A stretch of DNA of 64,000 bases from a phage. The position numbers and the translations under genes were made by a program. The notes under the pieces are model-generated. The model was not told the DNA's origin. It ran no database searches and saw nothing but the letters and a program-made list of their open reading frames with translations. This document shows positions 36,672 to 46,612 of the stretch, one piece after another (positions within the stretch are counted from its first letter, which is position 1; each line of letters starts with the position of its first letter). The DNA lies in NCBI GenBank assembly GCA_025830695.1, contig GCA_025830695.1_4111.1. One strand, written 5' to 3'.

Positions 36672-37153
36672 ACATAAACAAATACCAAACTTATATAAAA
36701 CGTACAGAAAGTTTCAAACGGCTGGCTGTAAAATCTGAATTAGAATTTAATTTGTATTATCCTAATATTGGTGATGAGGTATTTTATTGCTCTCATTCAA
36801 AGAATGGAACTTTACTTAAATCGGGTAAAGGAACTATTGTTGATATGACCGCAAATTTCAGAGGTAAACTTAATGTAATGTACAAAGTACAAGATTCAAG
36901 TACTGAGTGTATTCATGAAGTGATGCATAACATACCTGCATATCCAAAAGATTTTGTTCAGCTAATATCTCGAAGGGAGAAACCTATGTTTTATTGTGGT
37001 TACGATAAATTAACCAAACAAATTATTCCTAATACTATGGGAAAATTTAAAAGTGATGTGAAATCTGAACTTGAAAAGAAATTTGGCACGTCATGGGAAA
37101 CTGAAAACGAGTTTATCGAAATTCGTTTAATTGAAATTACTATACTTGAATAA
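36668..37153 (+). CDS. Hypothetical protein
   Basis: Track ORF 36623..37153. The upstream part overlaps the methyltransferase. An in-frame TTG at 36668 overlaps its stop, so the start is uncertain. Confidence 0.5.
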   Translation: MNINKYQTYIKRTESFKRLAVKSELEFNLYYPNIGDEVFYCSHSKNGTLLKSGKGTIVDMTANFRGKLNVMYKVQDSSTECIHEVMHNIPAYPKDFVQLISRREKPMFYCGYDKLTKQIIPNTMGKFKSDVKSELEKKFGTSWETENEFIEIRLIEITILE

Positions 37154-37158
37154 TTACA

Positions 37159-37182
37159 AATCCACGCATTGCGTGGATTTTT
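37159..37182 (+). terminator. Rho-independent terminator
   Basis: aatccacgc-att-gcgtggatt followed by ttt. Confidence 0.8.
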
Positions 37183-37195
37183 CATAGGTGCATAT

Positions 37196-37711
37196 ATGCC
37201 AATTCCTTATGTTAAAATTATTAATAATATTCTCGATTCATGGGAAGATGTTATTACTGGTAAAAAGAAACCATCACCAGTACATGCTTTATCTGGGAAA
37301 CTTCAATTCAGAATGTCAAACCAAACTGAAACATTTAATAATCATGATATTTGCATTACATTAAAAACACCTGTTAGTATTGTAATTAAAAAAAATAAAG
37401 ATGATGAATTGACATTATCTATTGGTCGTGATAAAATCATTTTAAGTAATTTGTCTGAAGAAGAATTCTTTCAAAGAAGTACTATTATCGATATGAAAGA
37501 TTTCACATATGAATCATTGGTTGAACTCAATACACGTTTTAACGATATTCAGGAACGATTGCGACCAATTCTTCGTATCGAAGAAGAAGCCTGGATTGAA
37601 AGTATTAGGAAGATGCAAGAAATGTTGAAAGAAAATATTAACAATCTGGGTAAAGCTACAATGGAATTTGGTAAAACTTTTAAACTGAACTTTTCAAAGG
37701 ATCGTAAATGA
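37196..37711 (+). CDS. EE-x-FFQ-x-S family paralog
   Basis: LSEEEFFQRSTIIDMKDFTYESLVELN. ATG 37196 follows AGGTG; the track start 37169 lies inside the terminator. Confidence 0.7.
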   Translation: MPIPYVKIINNILDSWEDVITGKKKPSPVHALSGKLQFRMSNQTETFNNHDICITLKTPVSIVIKKNKDDELTLSIGRDKIILSNLSEEEFFQRSTIIDMKDFTYESLVELNTRFNDIQERLRPILRIEEEAWIESIRKMQEMLKENINNLGKATMEFGKTFKLNFSKDRK

Positions 37712-38163
37712 AAATTGATAATTTGATTCATGTTTTAGGATCTTTACATAAAATATTATCACATCTACATGAGATAAAGAAACTGGGATTTAACATCTCA
37801 AATTCAATTGAAACTACATTTAAATATCAATCAATTACTGGTGATGGTTATTACATAATCGAATATACTTATGAAACCGATCCAGACTTCTATCCTCTTA
37901 CGTTGAGAATTTATCCAACAAATCCGAGAGGAATTCACGACATATCATCAATTTCACTTGATCCAGATGGTGAAACGAGTATTGAATACAATAATGATTC
38001 AAAACCAGAATTTTACATTGATGATATTAAAATGATGTTCAACGATGAATATGTTTTCCAACAAAGTACTGTGCATGATGTTGGAAGTACTAATGGACAA
38101 TTTTGGAATACATGTTATTATCATATGATTGAAATTTGTAAATTACTAAAAGGTGATGAATAA
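37708..38163 (+). CDS. EE-x-FFQ-x-S family paralog
   Basis: C-terminal FNDEYVFQQSTVHDVGSTNGQFW. ATGA overlap. Confidence 0.7.
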   Translation: MKIDNLIHVLGSLHKILSHLHEIKKLGFNISNSIETTFKYQSITGDGYYIIEYTYETDPDFYPLTLRIYPTNPRGIHDISSISLDPDGETSIEYNNDSKPEFYIDDIKMMFNDEYVFQQSTVHDVGSTNGQFWNTCYYHMIEICKLLKGDE

Positions 38164-38546
38164 TGAAATACTGCATTGAAGTACATTACACTACAGGGGA
38201 CACTGAAACTGAAGATTCAGTTACCAATACATTGGATGTTCAATGGGAATCAAAGGATGAGGCAGTTGTAGCATTACAGTCTTTGAAAGAGCATTGGGTA
38301 TTCTTTAAGAAACTCGATGATGCATATAGTAACGAACGTGCTACAATAATCGATGAAGCCAAACATAAAGAATGGTTTGATCCAATGTCATGTGAATTCT
38401 CTTTCTTTGTAAAAATTGGAGATGAAAAAATCCCAGTACGTACACCGTGGAACGGCTACTTTGAAACTCTTCATAATGCACGAGTTGTCGCTGTTGATAA
38501 TCCTGAACAAATCGATTTCGATTCATTGGACTGGAAAAAACTATGA
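38163..38546 (+). CDS. Hypothetical protein (127 aa)
   Basis: Track ORF with TAATG overlap. Confidence 0.65.
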   Translation: MKYCIEVHYTTGDTETEDSVTNTLDVQWESKDEAVVALQSLKEHWVFFKKLDDAYSNERATIIDEAKHKEWFDPMSCEFSFFVKIGDEKIPVRTPWNGYFETLHNARVVAVDNPEQIDFDSLDWKKL

Positions 38547-38986
38547 CAGTACTGCACCAATTGAAGAAGGTTAAGCATCCAGTTGTATATGAGGACTGGA
38601 AACGTCAGAAGCTGATGGGTGATTTTTATTTCCCAAAATCTAAAGTACTAGCAACGTCAAAAGCTATATACTTGAAATATAAGGATGAAGATTGTTTGTG
38701 TATTCAAATGGGATTCCATCCTAAAGTTGGTTTGTTTACAACAAATCAAACATTTTATAAATTTAGAATTCAAAAAGATACATTTAGTATTCATATCGAA
38801 AAACATGATGTACAAGATACAATTTATCGTGTGGAAAGTGAGCCTTTGAATCTTGTTGAGATCCCGTACAATAATTTAGAAGAAATGTACTTTCAGCAGT
38901 TGACAATACAAGAAGACTTTGGTATGATAGGACTTCAAGAGTTAGAGATGATTAAACAAATTCGTGATATCTACTTTAAGGAGTAA
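38543..38986 (+). CDS. EE-x-FFQ-x-S family paralog
   Basis: C-terminal NNLEEMYFQQLTIQEDFGMIGLQELEMIK. ATGA overlap. Confidence 0.7.
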   Translation: MTVLHQLKKVKHPVVYEDWKRQKLMGDFYFPKSKVLATSKAIYLKYKDEDCLCIQMGFHPKVGLFTTNQTFYKFRIQKDTFSIHIEKHDVQDTIYRVESEPLNLVEIPYNNLEEMYFQQLTIQEDFGMIGLQELEMIKQIRDIYFKE

Positions 38987-38988
38987 CT

Positions 38989-39132
38989 ATGCCAGTACGT
39001 AACAGTACTTCACGCTTTACGCTTCAACAGAAAGCAGATCTTTTGAATATGGCAAACAAAGATTCTAATTTTCACTATCTAGTGCTCGGTGGGTCAGTAG
39101 AAAAGATTGACCTACGTGAGTGTATGAAATAA
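38989..39132 (+). CDS. Small hypothetical protein (47 aa)
   Basis: Hand-translated MPVRNSTSRFTLQQK...RECMK. AAGGAG RBS at 38978-38983. Confidence 0.5.
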   Translation: MPVRNSTSRFTLQQKADLLNMANKDSNFHYLVLGGSVEKIDLRECMK

Positions 39133-39146
39133 CAAAAGGGGCTAAA

Positions 39147-39317
39147 ATGAGTCTACGTGAATCATGGGAACAATTTAAAGAAGAGATTGGTTATCGTGGT
39201 GTTAAGATTGAACCAATCAATCGTACTGAAAGCATCAAAGCTAGTACTAATGGTACTACCTATGATCGTTATGATGAAAAGTATGGTTTACATTCTAAAC
39301 CAAAGGATACTGAGTAA
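39147..39317 (+). CDS. Small hypothetical protein (56 aa)
   Basis: Track ORF 39120..39317. ATG 39147 follows AAAGGGG. Confidence 0.5.
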   Translation: MSLRESWEQFKEEIGYRGVKIEPINRTESIKASTNGTTYDRYDEKYGLHSKPKDTE

Positions 39318-39460
39318 TGGTGTATACTAATATTTTTACTGGTATTATGCGTAAATTTATTAATGGTACTGGATACGTATCTAATGATAACGGTAGTACA
39401 TGGGTAAAAAATAATACGTCTGAATCTTTAGTAAAAAGTCTTCCGTATTATAAAGCTTGA
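39317..39460 (+). CDS. Small hypothetical protein (47 aa)
   Basis: Hand-translated MVYTNIFTGIMRKF...PYYKA. TAATG overlap. Confidence 0.4.
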   Translation: MVYTNIFTGIMRKFINGTGYVSNDNGSTWVKNNTSESLVKSLPYYKA

Positions 39461-39485
39461 CACATGAAAATGGAGTATATATAAT
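39457..39485 (+). promoter_or_regulatory. sigma70-like promoter
   Basis: TTGACA (39457-39462), 17 nt, TATAAT (39480-39485). Confidence 0.7.
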
Positions 39486-39517
39486 ACTCCTATATTAATT
39501 AAACGAGGATATACGAA

Positions 39518-40090
39518 ATGGCTGGTGTTGATAAAATTTGTGAATTCAGTTCAGATTATGAAGGTTACGAGATGTACAAGTCCAAGCGTAATCACATTCA
39601 AGTACTGTCAAAGTACCGTAAAGAATTCAGAGGCCACAAAGCAACATTGTATGTTTTTGAGAATGGATATTCTGAAGTTTTTACAAGTGGTGGGTACAGT
39701 ACAGCTAACATGGCACATATCAACCCAAACCCAACTGAAGATGATTGGAATAGTGGTAACGCTTTTCGTATTTCAATTTTGAATAAAATGAATCGTTACG
39801 ACCGTTATTGTACATTCTTTGAAAATATTTCAGAATACAAGCAAGCATTAAAGAAATATAATCAACGCTTACTAATGAATTATGATTACATTCTTCATGT
39901 GCCAACTGTTCCAGGTCAGGTTAATGGTCTGTATACGAATAGTACACATGATTTAACTGCGGTGAAGCGTCGCCTCAAACGTATGTTGGGTTGTCGTAAT
40001 TTAACAATCAAGGTTGTGCGTAATGAATCAATGTATAACTTTTTAGATGTACTACACTACACATTGAAGGATAATAATGGAAACGATTAA
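39518..40090 (+). CDS. Hypothetical protein (190 aa)
   Basis: Track ORF with GAGGA upstream. Confidence 0.65.
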   Translation: MAGVDKICEFSSDYEGYEMYKSKRNHIQVLSKYRKEFRGHKATLYVFENGYSEVFTSGGYSTANMAHINPNPTEDDWNSGNAFRISILNKMNRYDRYCTFFENISEYKQALKKYNQRLLMNYDYILHVPTVPGQVNGLYTNSTHDLTAVKRRLKRMLGCRNLTIKVVRNESMYNFLDVLHYTLKDNNGND

Positions 40091-40274
40091 GTTTATGTTT
40101 GAGGTGTTTGTTGCATTCATCTTATGTGCTGTGTCTATTACTATTGCTTTAATCCCAGTAATCGTTTACCAAGTTAATGGTGGGACAGATCCAACAATTG
40201 ATATTTTACTTCGTTGTTTCGGGTTTTTTATATGGTTGGCGATGTTTATGTACTACATGCATCTTGAGGATTGA
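40077..40274 (+). CDS. Small membrane protein (2 TM)
   Basis: Track ORF with hydrophobic segments. Confidence 0.55.
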   Translation: METIKFMFEVFVAFILCAVSITIALIPVIVYQVNGGTDPTIDILLRCFGFFIWLAMFMYYMHLED

Positions 40275-40276
40275 TT

Positions 40277-41107
40277 ATGTCATTAGAAAAAATAATCATT
40301 TCTGAATTCCGAAAGTATATCATGGATTGTGATAGAGATGTACAGCGTAAGTTCAATGAGTACCTTGACAAATATCCGTATTTGATGTTTAATCCGTTTG
40401 AAACTGATGATGATTTATATCTTGGTTTTTACATAGGATTTACTCAACGAATTCTTCATAAAGATGAAATGAAACAATCTGAGATTTGGGTAGAAACTGA
40501 CTCATCCGAGTCTAATGTTTTTTATCTTTATACATATTATGCCGAAATTGTTAGAGATACGACACCTGATGGTTGTCTATTTGTACAATCTTCTGATATT
40601 GAAAGAATATATATCGAACCTGTATCTTTAGATATGGTTGCACAGCTTCCAACTATCCAACAGTTAGGTGCAGACGAATTAACTTATTCTGTATTTGAAT
40701 ATCTAGGTAGAGATGATTTGACTCAAGAAATTGATAAAATGGTTTCTAAATATACTTCATCACTTATTTCGAATGGTAAACTTAAATTAGAATTAATTTT
40801 TGAAGATACTAGTATTAATCCAGTAAGAGGGGTTACAATTGGAAAAGTTACCATACGTGTTGTTTACGATAATGAAGTACTAGGATATATTTCAAAACGT
40901 GGACATGATTTATGTATAATTAGTACATTCGTTATTTCTCGTAAAAAATGGAATGATTTAATGCAAAAAATCGTGGACGGCAGTAAAATTCGTGATATAA
41001 TATGTAATGACATGGTAATTATGAATCCTGATGTTGACTGTGATGTATATTTTCCAGTTCCTGGATTTACACGAGAAAACTTTAGTAAATTGAAGGATAC
41101 GAAATGA
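40277..41107 (+). CDS. Hypothetical protein
   Basis: Track ORF 40271..41107; the first ATG is at 40277. Confidence 0.65.
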   Translation: MSLEKIIISEFRKYIMDCDRDVQRKFNEYLDKYPYLMFNPFETDDDLYLGFYIGFTQRILHKDEMKQSEIWVETDSSESNVFYLYTYYAEIVRDTTPDGCLFVQSSDIERIYIEPVSLDMVAQLPTIQQLGADELTYSVFEYLGRDDLTQEIDKMVSKYTSSLISNGKLKLELIFEDTSINPVRGVTIGKVTIRVVYDNEVLGYISKRGHDLCIISTFVISRKKWNDLMQKIVDGSKIRDIICNDMVIMNPDVDCDVYFPVPGFTRENFSKLKDTK

Positions 41108-41394
41108 AAATTTTAGAAGTCTTGCTAGAAAAAGATGCATCTGGTACTCTTTATGTTGGTAATGAGTTCAGTCCAGATCCAATTGATATGTTACAGAGAA
41201 TCCAAACACTGACTCAAAACATCTCGGTTAAAAAACCGTTTCAGAAAGAATTGGAAATCTTTTGTGATAAAGATATTGAACAGCATGATAATGTGATTTC
41301 AGATATTAAAAGTCTATTGACAAAAAATGGTTATGTAGAGTATAATCCTCCTATCGTAATCGTTATTCCAGACTTCATGAAAGGAACAATCTAA
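41104..41394 (+). CDS. Hypothetical protein (96 aa)
   Basis: Track ORF with ATGA overlap. Confidence 0.6.
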   Translation: MKILEVLLEKDASGTLYVGNEFSPDPIDMLQRIQTLTQNISVKKPFQKELEIFCDKDIEQHDNVISDIKSLLTKNGYVEYNPPIVIVIPDFMKGTI

Positions 41395-41663
41395 TGACTA
41401 AAGACGAAATGAAATCTCGCTTAAGCGAACTGAAGAAAGAACGTAAACTAGTACGTTTAGACTGGGATATCCTTAACAGGAAAGATGAGCAATCATATGC
41501 TAACTGGAGTTCTGATAAAGTACGAAATGACCGTTCTAAAGAAGATGCAAAGCAATTCATGGCATTATCGAAGCGACTATCATCTTTGAACAGTGAAATT
41601 ACTGGCCTTCAGAAAGAGATCATTTCCATTCTTAAAGCGGAGATTGAATCACTCTATGAATAA
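41394..41663 (+). CDS. Coiled-coil-like small protein
   Basis: Track ORF, Lys/Glu/Leu-rich heptad-like sequence. TAATG overlap. Confidence 0.6.
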   Translation: MTKDEMKSRLSELKKERKLVRLDWDILNRKDEQSYANWSSDKVRNDRSKEDAKQFMALSKRLSSLNSEITGLQKEIISILKAEIESLYE

Positions 41664-41952
41664 ACATGAAGTAATTCATTTTGATGATAAGATCTATATT
41701 CCAAATATTGATAGTACTGAAACATATTACCTAATCAATAAGATTATGGCTGAAACAAATACGTGTTGTCGTCAACAGCCAGGAAAATATGAGTTCAGTC
41801 AGACTATTGGTTATTACCGATATGATATGTTAGAATCATTTACAATTGATAAGTCTAAAGTTATTGACATTCTTGTACAGAATGGATATAATGAACAACG
41901 TGTAAATGATACAGATTTACCAGTTTCAAAAATTGTTCTTTCTAATAATTAA
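41656..41952 (+). CDS. Hypothetical protein (98 aa)
   Basis: Track ORF 41593..41952. An internal ATG at 41656 avoids the long overlap. Confidence 0.55.
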   Translation: MNKHEVIHFDDKIYIPNIDSTETYYLINKIMAETNTCCRQQPGKYEFSQTIGYYRYDMLESFTIDKSKVIDILVQNGYNEQRVNDTDLPVSKIVLSNN

Positions 41953-41955
41953 AAA

Positions 41956-41984
41956 TTGGACAAGAACAGATATTGTGATATAAT
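41956..41984 (+). promoter_or_regulatory. sigma70-like promoter, TGTGATATAAT class
   Basis: TTGGAC (41956-41961), 17 nt, TGaTATAAT (41976-41984). Confidence 0.7.
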
Positions 41985-42067
41985 GTTTGTTATCGGCAGA
42001 TATTAAAATGCAAACCATTCCTCAATGATGAGGGTTTTTCATAAAAAAGAAATAAAAGGGTATTAAA

Positions 42068-42277
42068 ATGGCTAAAGAAACTAACGCACAAGTACTAGAT
42101 ATCACCGACTTCGACCGCACTGTGAACTACATTCAATTCCAGATTCATCAAGCAGAAGAAGCTCTAGCAGTATTCCACGGTACTGGTGCAAGGCCAATCC
42201 GTTTTGCTCACTTGATTGCATGGAAGAAAAGTCTTCAAGAAGAACTATCTGAACTGCGTAAAGCAAATCGTAAGTAA
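42068..42277 (+). CDS. Hypothetical protein (69 aa)
   Basis: Track ORF with AAAGGG upstream. Confidence 0.6.
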   Translation: MAKETNAQVLDITDFDRTVNYIQFQIHQAEEALAVFHGTGARPIRFAHLIAWKKSLQEELSELRKANRK

Positions 42278-42288
42278 TTTATCTTACC

Positions 42289-42315
42289 GCCTCATCATTT
42301 TTGATGGGGCATTTT
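42289..42315 (+). terminator. Rho-independent terminator
   Basis: gcctcatc-attttt-gatggggc followed by a-tttt. Confidence 0.7.
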
Positions 42316-42342
42316 AATCATATAAAGTAAGAGGATTTATAA

Positions 42343-42849
42343 ATGAGTGTTGAATATTGGTTTTTATTTGTGTGTATTGGTACACTTGCATTAATCACCA
42401 TTGGATTGATTTTCAATACCATGATTAGTGGAAGTAAGTACTTTAAGACATTCCAACTTTTAATGTCTGCTATGCCATATAGTGCTGATGCCGAAAAAAC
42501 AATTTCTCTAATTTTAGATAAGTTCGATGCAAATCTTTTGGTGGCTAAAATTTCAGCATGTGATACAAATATTTCATTCTACTCGGTAGACACGGATCTA
42601 GATGGAATTGATACACAATACTCAAATCCAGTAGTTGCTGAAATTTTCATTGGTTCAAAATATTATGCATATGGATATGTAAGAAAATATTATTCAGAAG
42701 CAAAAGCTGAGTTGACGAAGAAGCGACCATCAATAAAAACTTTAAAACGCATCATTGCGTTGGAAAAATCACTTCGTGGTCAAACAAGCGTTAATGAGCC
42801 ACCATCAGTGATTAAATCCAAAAAAAGTAATGTTGTGGAGTTGGAGTAA
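42343..42849 (+). CDS. Membrane-anchored hypothetical protein
   Basis: N-terminal WFLFVCIGTLALITIGLIF. GAGGA RBS. Confidence 0.65.
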   Translation: MSVEYWFLFVCIGTLALITIGLIFNTMISGSKYFKTFQLLMSAMPYSADAEKTISLILDKFDANLLVAKISACDTNISFYSVDTDLDGIDTQYSNPVVAEIFIGSKYYAYGYVRKYYSEAKAELTKKRPSIKTLKRIIALEKSLRGQTSVNEPPSVIKSKKSNVVELE

Positions 42850-43139
42850 TGGAACCAGAAAAATCAAGAAAAATTCTTATTGATGTCCAAACTAAATTAC
42901 TAGATATTATGGAAATCATCAATGAGTTACCACAGGGTTATCAGTACAAAGTTCGTGAAATGTTATCTTGTGCCGAAACCGTTGTTTCTATGTACGATGA
43001 TATTCAACATGGTATTATCCCTGATATTCTCAAAGATGACGTAAATATTAACACTGAGGTAAAAGAAACTAAATTAGAATCAGAAACAGTATCTAATAAA
43101 AAAGTTCTAGACCTTAGTGGTATAAAAATTAATATCTAA
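42849..43139 (+). CDS. Hypothetical protein (96 aa)
   Basis: Track ORF with TAATG overlap. Confidence 0.6.
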   Translation: MEPEKSRKILIDVQTKLLDIMEIINELPQGYQYKVREMLSCAETVVSMYDDIQHGIIPDILKDDVNINTEVKETKLESETVSNKKVLDLSGIKINI

Positions 43140-43161
43140 AAAACATCCAATAGGAGAAGTA

Positions 43162-43311
43162 ATGAGTAATCAAAAAATCGACTTAGTAGTAAAACTTCAA
43201 GAGATTCAAGCACTAGCTAAAGACCTTGATAACACACGTGCATCAGTAGTTGATTCACTATGTGCAACAATCCTGACTGTTTTTACAGATTACGAAAAGA
43301 AATCTGATTAA
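43162..43311 (+). CDS. Small hypothetical protein (49 aa)
   Basis: Hand-translated MSNQKIDLVVKLQEIQ...DYEKKSD. AGGAGAAG RBS. Confidence 0.5.
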   Translation: MSNQKIDLVVKLQEIQALAKDLDNTRASVVDSLCATILTVFTDYEKKSD

Positions 43312-43324
43312 ACGTTACTTTGTA

Positions 43325-43354
43325 AATACCCAGTCAAGTACTGGGTATTTTTTT
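43325..43354 (+). terminator. Rho-independent terminator
   Basis: aatacccagt-caagt-actgggtatt followed by a T-run. Confidence 0.85.
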
Positions 43355-43365
43355 AAGGAAATAAA

Positions 43366-43758
43366 ATGACTGAATCAGAACTACACGAAATGATAGATTT
43401 CATTTATGAAATGGTACAAGATAAAAATAACATCAATACAATTGCATCAGGCCCAAGACAAATTGGTAACCAAATAACATATTCTTTGTCCTTATGGTTA
43501 CACCCGTGCATTAAGGTTGATTGTTTGTATTTCCGTCCTGATATTGATGCTTATTATTTTGTCAATCATGATGCATTAATGAAACCACATAATCGTCCAG
43601 TTGATGATACCTTTGTGACACACCCATTTTACCTGGCTGATTCCGAAGAAGATGAGTTTCAAAAGAACACAACGTTAAGCCCAGGTGAAATTTGCATCCC
43701 TTACGTACTTAAAGATAAAATGAATCACATCACAGAAGTTATGAAAACATGCTGGTAG
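43366..43758 (+). CDS. EE-x-FFQ-x-S family paralog
   Basis: C-terminal ADSEEDEFQKNTTLSPGEICIPYVLKDK. Confidence 0.65.
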   Translation: MTESELHEMIDFIYEMVQDKNNINTIASGPRQIGNQITYSLSLWLHPCIKVDCLYFRPDIDAYYFVNHDALMKPHNRPVDDTFVTHPFYLADSEEDEFQKNTTLSPGEICIPYVLKDKMNHITEVMKTCW

Positions 43759-43781
43759 ATGCAATGAAACTCTGATATAAT
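43753..43781 (+). promoter_or_regulatory. Extended -10 promoter (weak -35)
   Basis: TGaTATAAT (43773-43781). The -35 region TGGTAG is poor. Confidence 0.4.
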
Positions 43782-43806
43782 ACAAATAATGATAATAGGA
43801 GGATAT

Positions 43807-44025
43807 ATGAAATTTATTGATTTTGATATTTCTAAGGCCAAAGAATTATTTGTAAGAAATGAAGTTTATGATATCATGTTACATAACGGCACTGTACAAG
43901 AAGATGTTGTGTTGTTTTCGTTTGATGGTGAAAATCTCGAAACTATATATAAATTCAGCAACTTAGATGGTGACTTTTGGGAAACCAGTGCTGTTAAAAT
44001 GTATAGAATTAAAAAGGAGCATTAA
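43807..44025 (+). CDS. Hypothetical protein (72 aa)
   Basis: Track ORF 43789..44025. ATG 43807 follows AGGAGGA. Confidence 0.6.
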   Translation: MKFIDFDISKAKELFVRNEVYDIMLHNGTVQEDVVLFSFDGENLETIYKFSNLDGDFWETSAVKMYRIKKEH

Positions 44026-44026
44026 C

Positions 44027-44515
44027 ATGCCAATTCGTGGTGTACCAGAACCATTAATGGAAGTTATTAAGCATGTTCGCATTGGAGATCGAGAAGTTAA
44101 TCTTCGCCGTAATAACATTTATTACTTTAAAACTTCAGAAATGAGTTCTGTACAGATTGTCATTGGTACATCTATTAAGATTACTCGTGTACTTGATGGT
44201 AGTACTGACTTCGTTGAATATAATGTACTTACTAATAAAGTAACGCATATATATAAATGGAGTGGGTATAAAACTATTAAGTATGAATTTGACTTAGCTA
44301 GAACTGAAGAAGAACGATTTATGCTGAGTACTATCAATCCAGCAAACTATCCCGATCTTGATGCATTTTTGCTAATTTTAAAATTGTATAATGAAGCAAA
44401 TCAGAAAGCTAAAGAGTATGATAGAATCATGTATGAACGCCGAAAAGAACGTGCACAAAAAAGTTATGATCTGTATGATAGCCCATACGTGAAATATAGT
44501 AAGGGGTCGAAATGA
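44027..44515 (+). CDS. EE-x-FFQ-x-S family paralog
   Basis: ARTEEERFMLSTINPANYPDLDAFLLILK. ATG 44027 follows AAGGAG. Confidence 0.65.
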   Translation: MPIRGVPEPLMEVIKHVRIGDREVNLRRNNIYYFKTSEMSSVQIVIGTSIKITRVLDGSTDFVEYNVLTNKVTHIYKWSGYKTIKYEFDLARTEEERFMLSTINPANYPDLDAFLLILKLYNEANQKAKEYDRIMYERRKERAQKSYDLYDSPYVKYSKGSK

Positions 44516-44916
44516 ATAAAGAAGTTCAAATTATCATAACTCCACCTATACAAAGTCTGGATGTATCCATTAGTGATTTTTTGGAAAAATACTATGAATG
44601 GTTTAATGAAGATTCAGTAATTTATAACCATTCATTACCAGATGGTTTCGTGGAGCTTATCGAATTAAATTCAAAATCACTATACTTCTGTGTTGAATAC
44701 AATGATTATATGACAGATGAAGCTTATCGCTTTCGTTGTACATTGTATCCGAATTATTTTTCAATAGGTTATAAAGATTACCAGTACTGTACCACTAACT
44801 ATAGTGTTGAGGAAGAATTTCAGTACAATTTACTTTATCCTGATTTAGATTATACGATTGCAGTACTGTTGACTAAAATCATGGATTTTTATAAAGATAA
44901 ATATAATGCAGCCTAA
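44512..44916 (+). CDS. EE-x-FFQ-x-S family paralog
   Basis: C-terminal YSVEEEFQYNLLYPDLDYTIAVLLTKI. ATGA overlap. Confidence 0.65.
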   Translation: MNKEVQIIITPPIQSLDVSISDFLEKYYEWFNEDSVIYNHSLPDGFVELIELNSKSLYFCVEYNDYMTDEAYRFRCTLYPNYFSIGYKDYQYCTTNYSVEEEFQYNLLYPDLDYTIAVLLTKIMDFYKDKYNAA

Positions 44917-45091
44917 GACATTTGATGAGTGGTTTAATCTACACTATAATATAAATGCAGCAGATATATACTATTTTAAGCTTGAATTGTATATATCATT
45001 GCGTAACCCAATTGAGTACTATAACAACATTATCAATTGTGATGATTTTGGTACATATTTTAGTATAGCCGTTATGGATATTAAGAGATGA
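44906..45091 (+). CDS. Hypothetical protein (61 aa)
   Basis: Track ORF. Confidence 0.5.
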   Translation: MQPKTFDEWFNLHYNINAADIYYFKLELYISLRNPIEYYNNIINCDDFGTYFSIAVMDIKR

Positions 45092-45267
45092 CACATGAAG
45101 AATGGATGGCAATGATGAAAAAACGTTATGACCAGTTTGGAAATGGATTTATTGATGGTCATTTCGATATTTTACGAGACAAATATAAGTTCGAATCATA
45201 TGTACTAGATGAGAATGGAAATCGTTGGTTCATCTATGAGCTTGCGGTTAGAGACAAAAAAATATAA
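45088..45267 (+). CDS. MTHEEWM mini-protein family, copy 1 (59 aa)
   Basis: Hand-translated MTHEEWMAMMKKRYDQFGNGFIDGHFDILRDKYKFESYVLDENGNRWFIYELAVRDKKI. ATGA overlap. Confidence 0.6.
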   Translation: MTHEEWMAMMKKRYDQFGNGFIDGHFDILRDKYKFESYVLDENGNRWFIYELAVRDKKI

Positions 45268-45270
45268 TAA

Positions 45271-45344
45271 CCTTTTCCATTGTCCATTGCAATGCTTTCT
45301 TTACAGAAGAATAAATGAAACACTTAATTGAACTGGATACATAA
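45271..45344 (+). pseudogene. Decayed duplicate of the 3' end of ORF 45648..45863
   Basis: SIVHCNAFFTEE*MKHLIELDT* vs intact SIVHDSAFFTKEEMQHLIVLDT*. About 80% nt identity by eye; in-frame TAA at 45312-45314. Confidence 0.6.
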
Positions 45345-45345
45345 A

Positions 45346-45522
45346 ATGACACATGAAGAATGGATAGAGTCACTAAAATATAAACATGATCATTTTGGAT
45401 TTGGTATACGCCAAGGCCATTATGATGTTTTGAACGATAAAAAAACGTTCGAATCATTGGTTTTGGACGAAGATTCCAACCACTGGTTCATCTACGAGCT
45501 TGCTATTAGAGATAAAAAATAG
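45346..45522 (+). CDS. MTHEEWM mini-protein family, copy 2 (58 aa)
   Basis: MTHEEWIESLKYKHDHFGFGIRQGHYDVLNDKKTFESLVLDEDSNHWFIYELAIRDKK (internal ATG of track ORF 45328). Confidence 0.6.
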   Translation: MTHEEWIESLKYKHDHFGFGIRQGHYDVLNDKKTFESLVLDEDSNHWFIYELAIRDKK

Positions 45523-45527
45523 TAAGA

Positions 45528-45863
<336 letters not shown>

Positions 45864-45864
45864 A

Positions 45865-46047
45865 ATGACACACGAAGAATGGATGTCCAAACAGCATAAA
45901 GAACATGACTGCTTTGGGAATGGCATTCGTCAGGTACATTATGATATATTAAGAGATGAAAATCTTTTCAGGTCATATGTTTTGGATACCAGAAAACCCT
46001 GGTTTATATGCGAACTGGCATTTAGAAAGTCAAATAATCAAAACTAA
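45865..46047 (+). CDS. MTHEEWM mini-protein family, copy 3 (60 aa)
   Basis: MTHEEWMSKQHKEHDCFGNGIRQVHYDILRDENLFRSYVLDTRKPWFICELAFRK (internal ATG of track ORF 45847). Confidence 0.6.
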   Translation: MTHEEWMSKQHKEHDCFGNGIRQVHYDILRDENLFRSYVLDTRKPWFICELAFRKSNNQN

Positions 46048-46063
46048 ACAAGGAATACAAAAA

Positions 46064-46282
46064 ATGGAAACAACTTTATTTGAAGTTATTCAATCATTAA
46101 AACCTGAAGATGAGGTTCAAGTACTACTACATGGTTATCGTGTAAAAGGTACTGTGGTTTTAGTCAATGATACAACATTGGTTATTACAGAAACAAACCC
46201 ATATGATAGTAATCAACTTGCCAATATCCATATCGATATCACTGGAATTATTGGTGTCGGTGTATCTAAAACACTTGCATAA
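46064..46282 (+). CDS. Hypothetical protein (72 aa)
   Basis: Track ORF 45956..46282. ATG 46064 follows AAGGAA. Confidence 0.55.
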   Translation: METTLFEVIQSLKPEDEVQVLLHGYRVKGTVVLVNDTTLVITETNPYDSNQLANIHIDITGIIGVGVSKTLA

Positions 46283-46335
46283 ATCATTAATTCATTATAT
46301 AATGATTATCACTGGTTCTAGATGAGGATAATATT

Positions 46336-46608
46336 ATGCATTTTGAAAAATTCAACGTAAATCGTAACACACGCATTGAAGTTCTTTATGAAACTCAAGA
46401 CACCATTAGTATTCGTACAAGTAGTGGGGATGTATATCATGACTGTACGATTGGCTGGGAACAGGGAAGGACGCGTAGTGCAGTATTTGATAATTATCGC
46501 TTTTATCAAGGAGACACTACGATTTGGCCTGAATACGTAGAAGATATTGCGTTTGAAGATGAACATAAAGATGAATTTATCAAATTTAATCCTCAAACTG
46601 AATCATAA
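46336..46608 (+). CDS. Hypothetical protein (90 aa)
   Basis: Track ORF with GAGGA upstream. Confidence 0.6.
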   Translation: MHFEKFNVNRNTRIEVLYETQDTISIRTSSGDVYHDCTIGWEQGRTRSAVFDNYRFYQGDTTIWPEYVEDIAFEDEHKDEFIKFNPQTES

Positions 46609-46612
46609 ATAA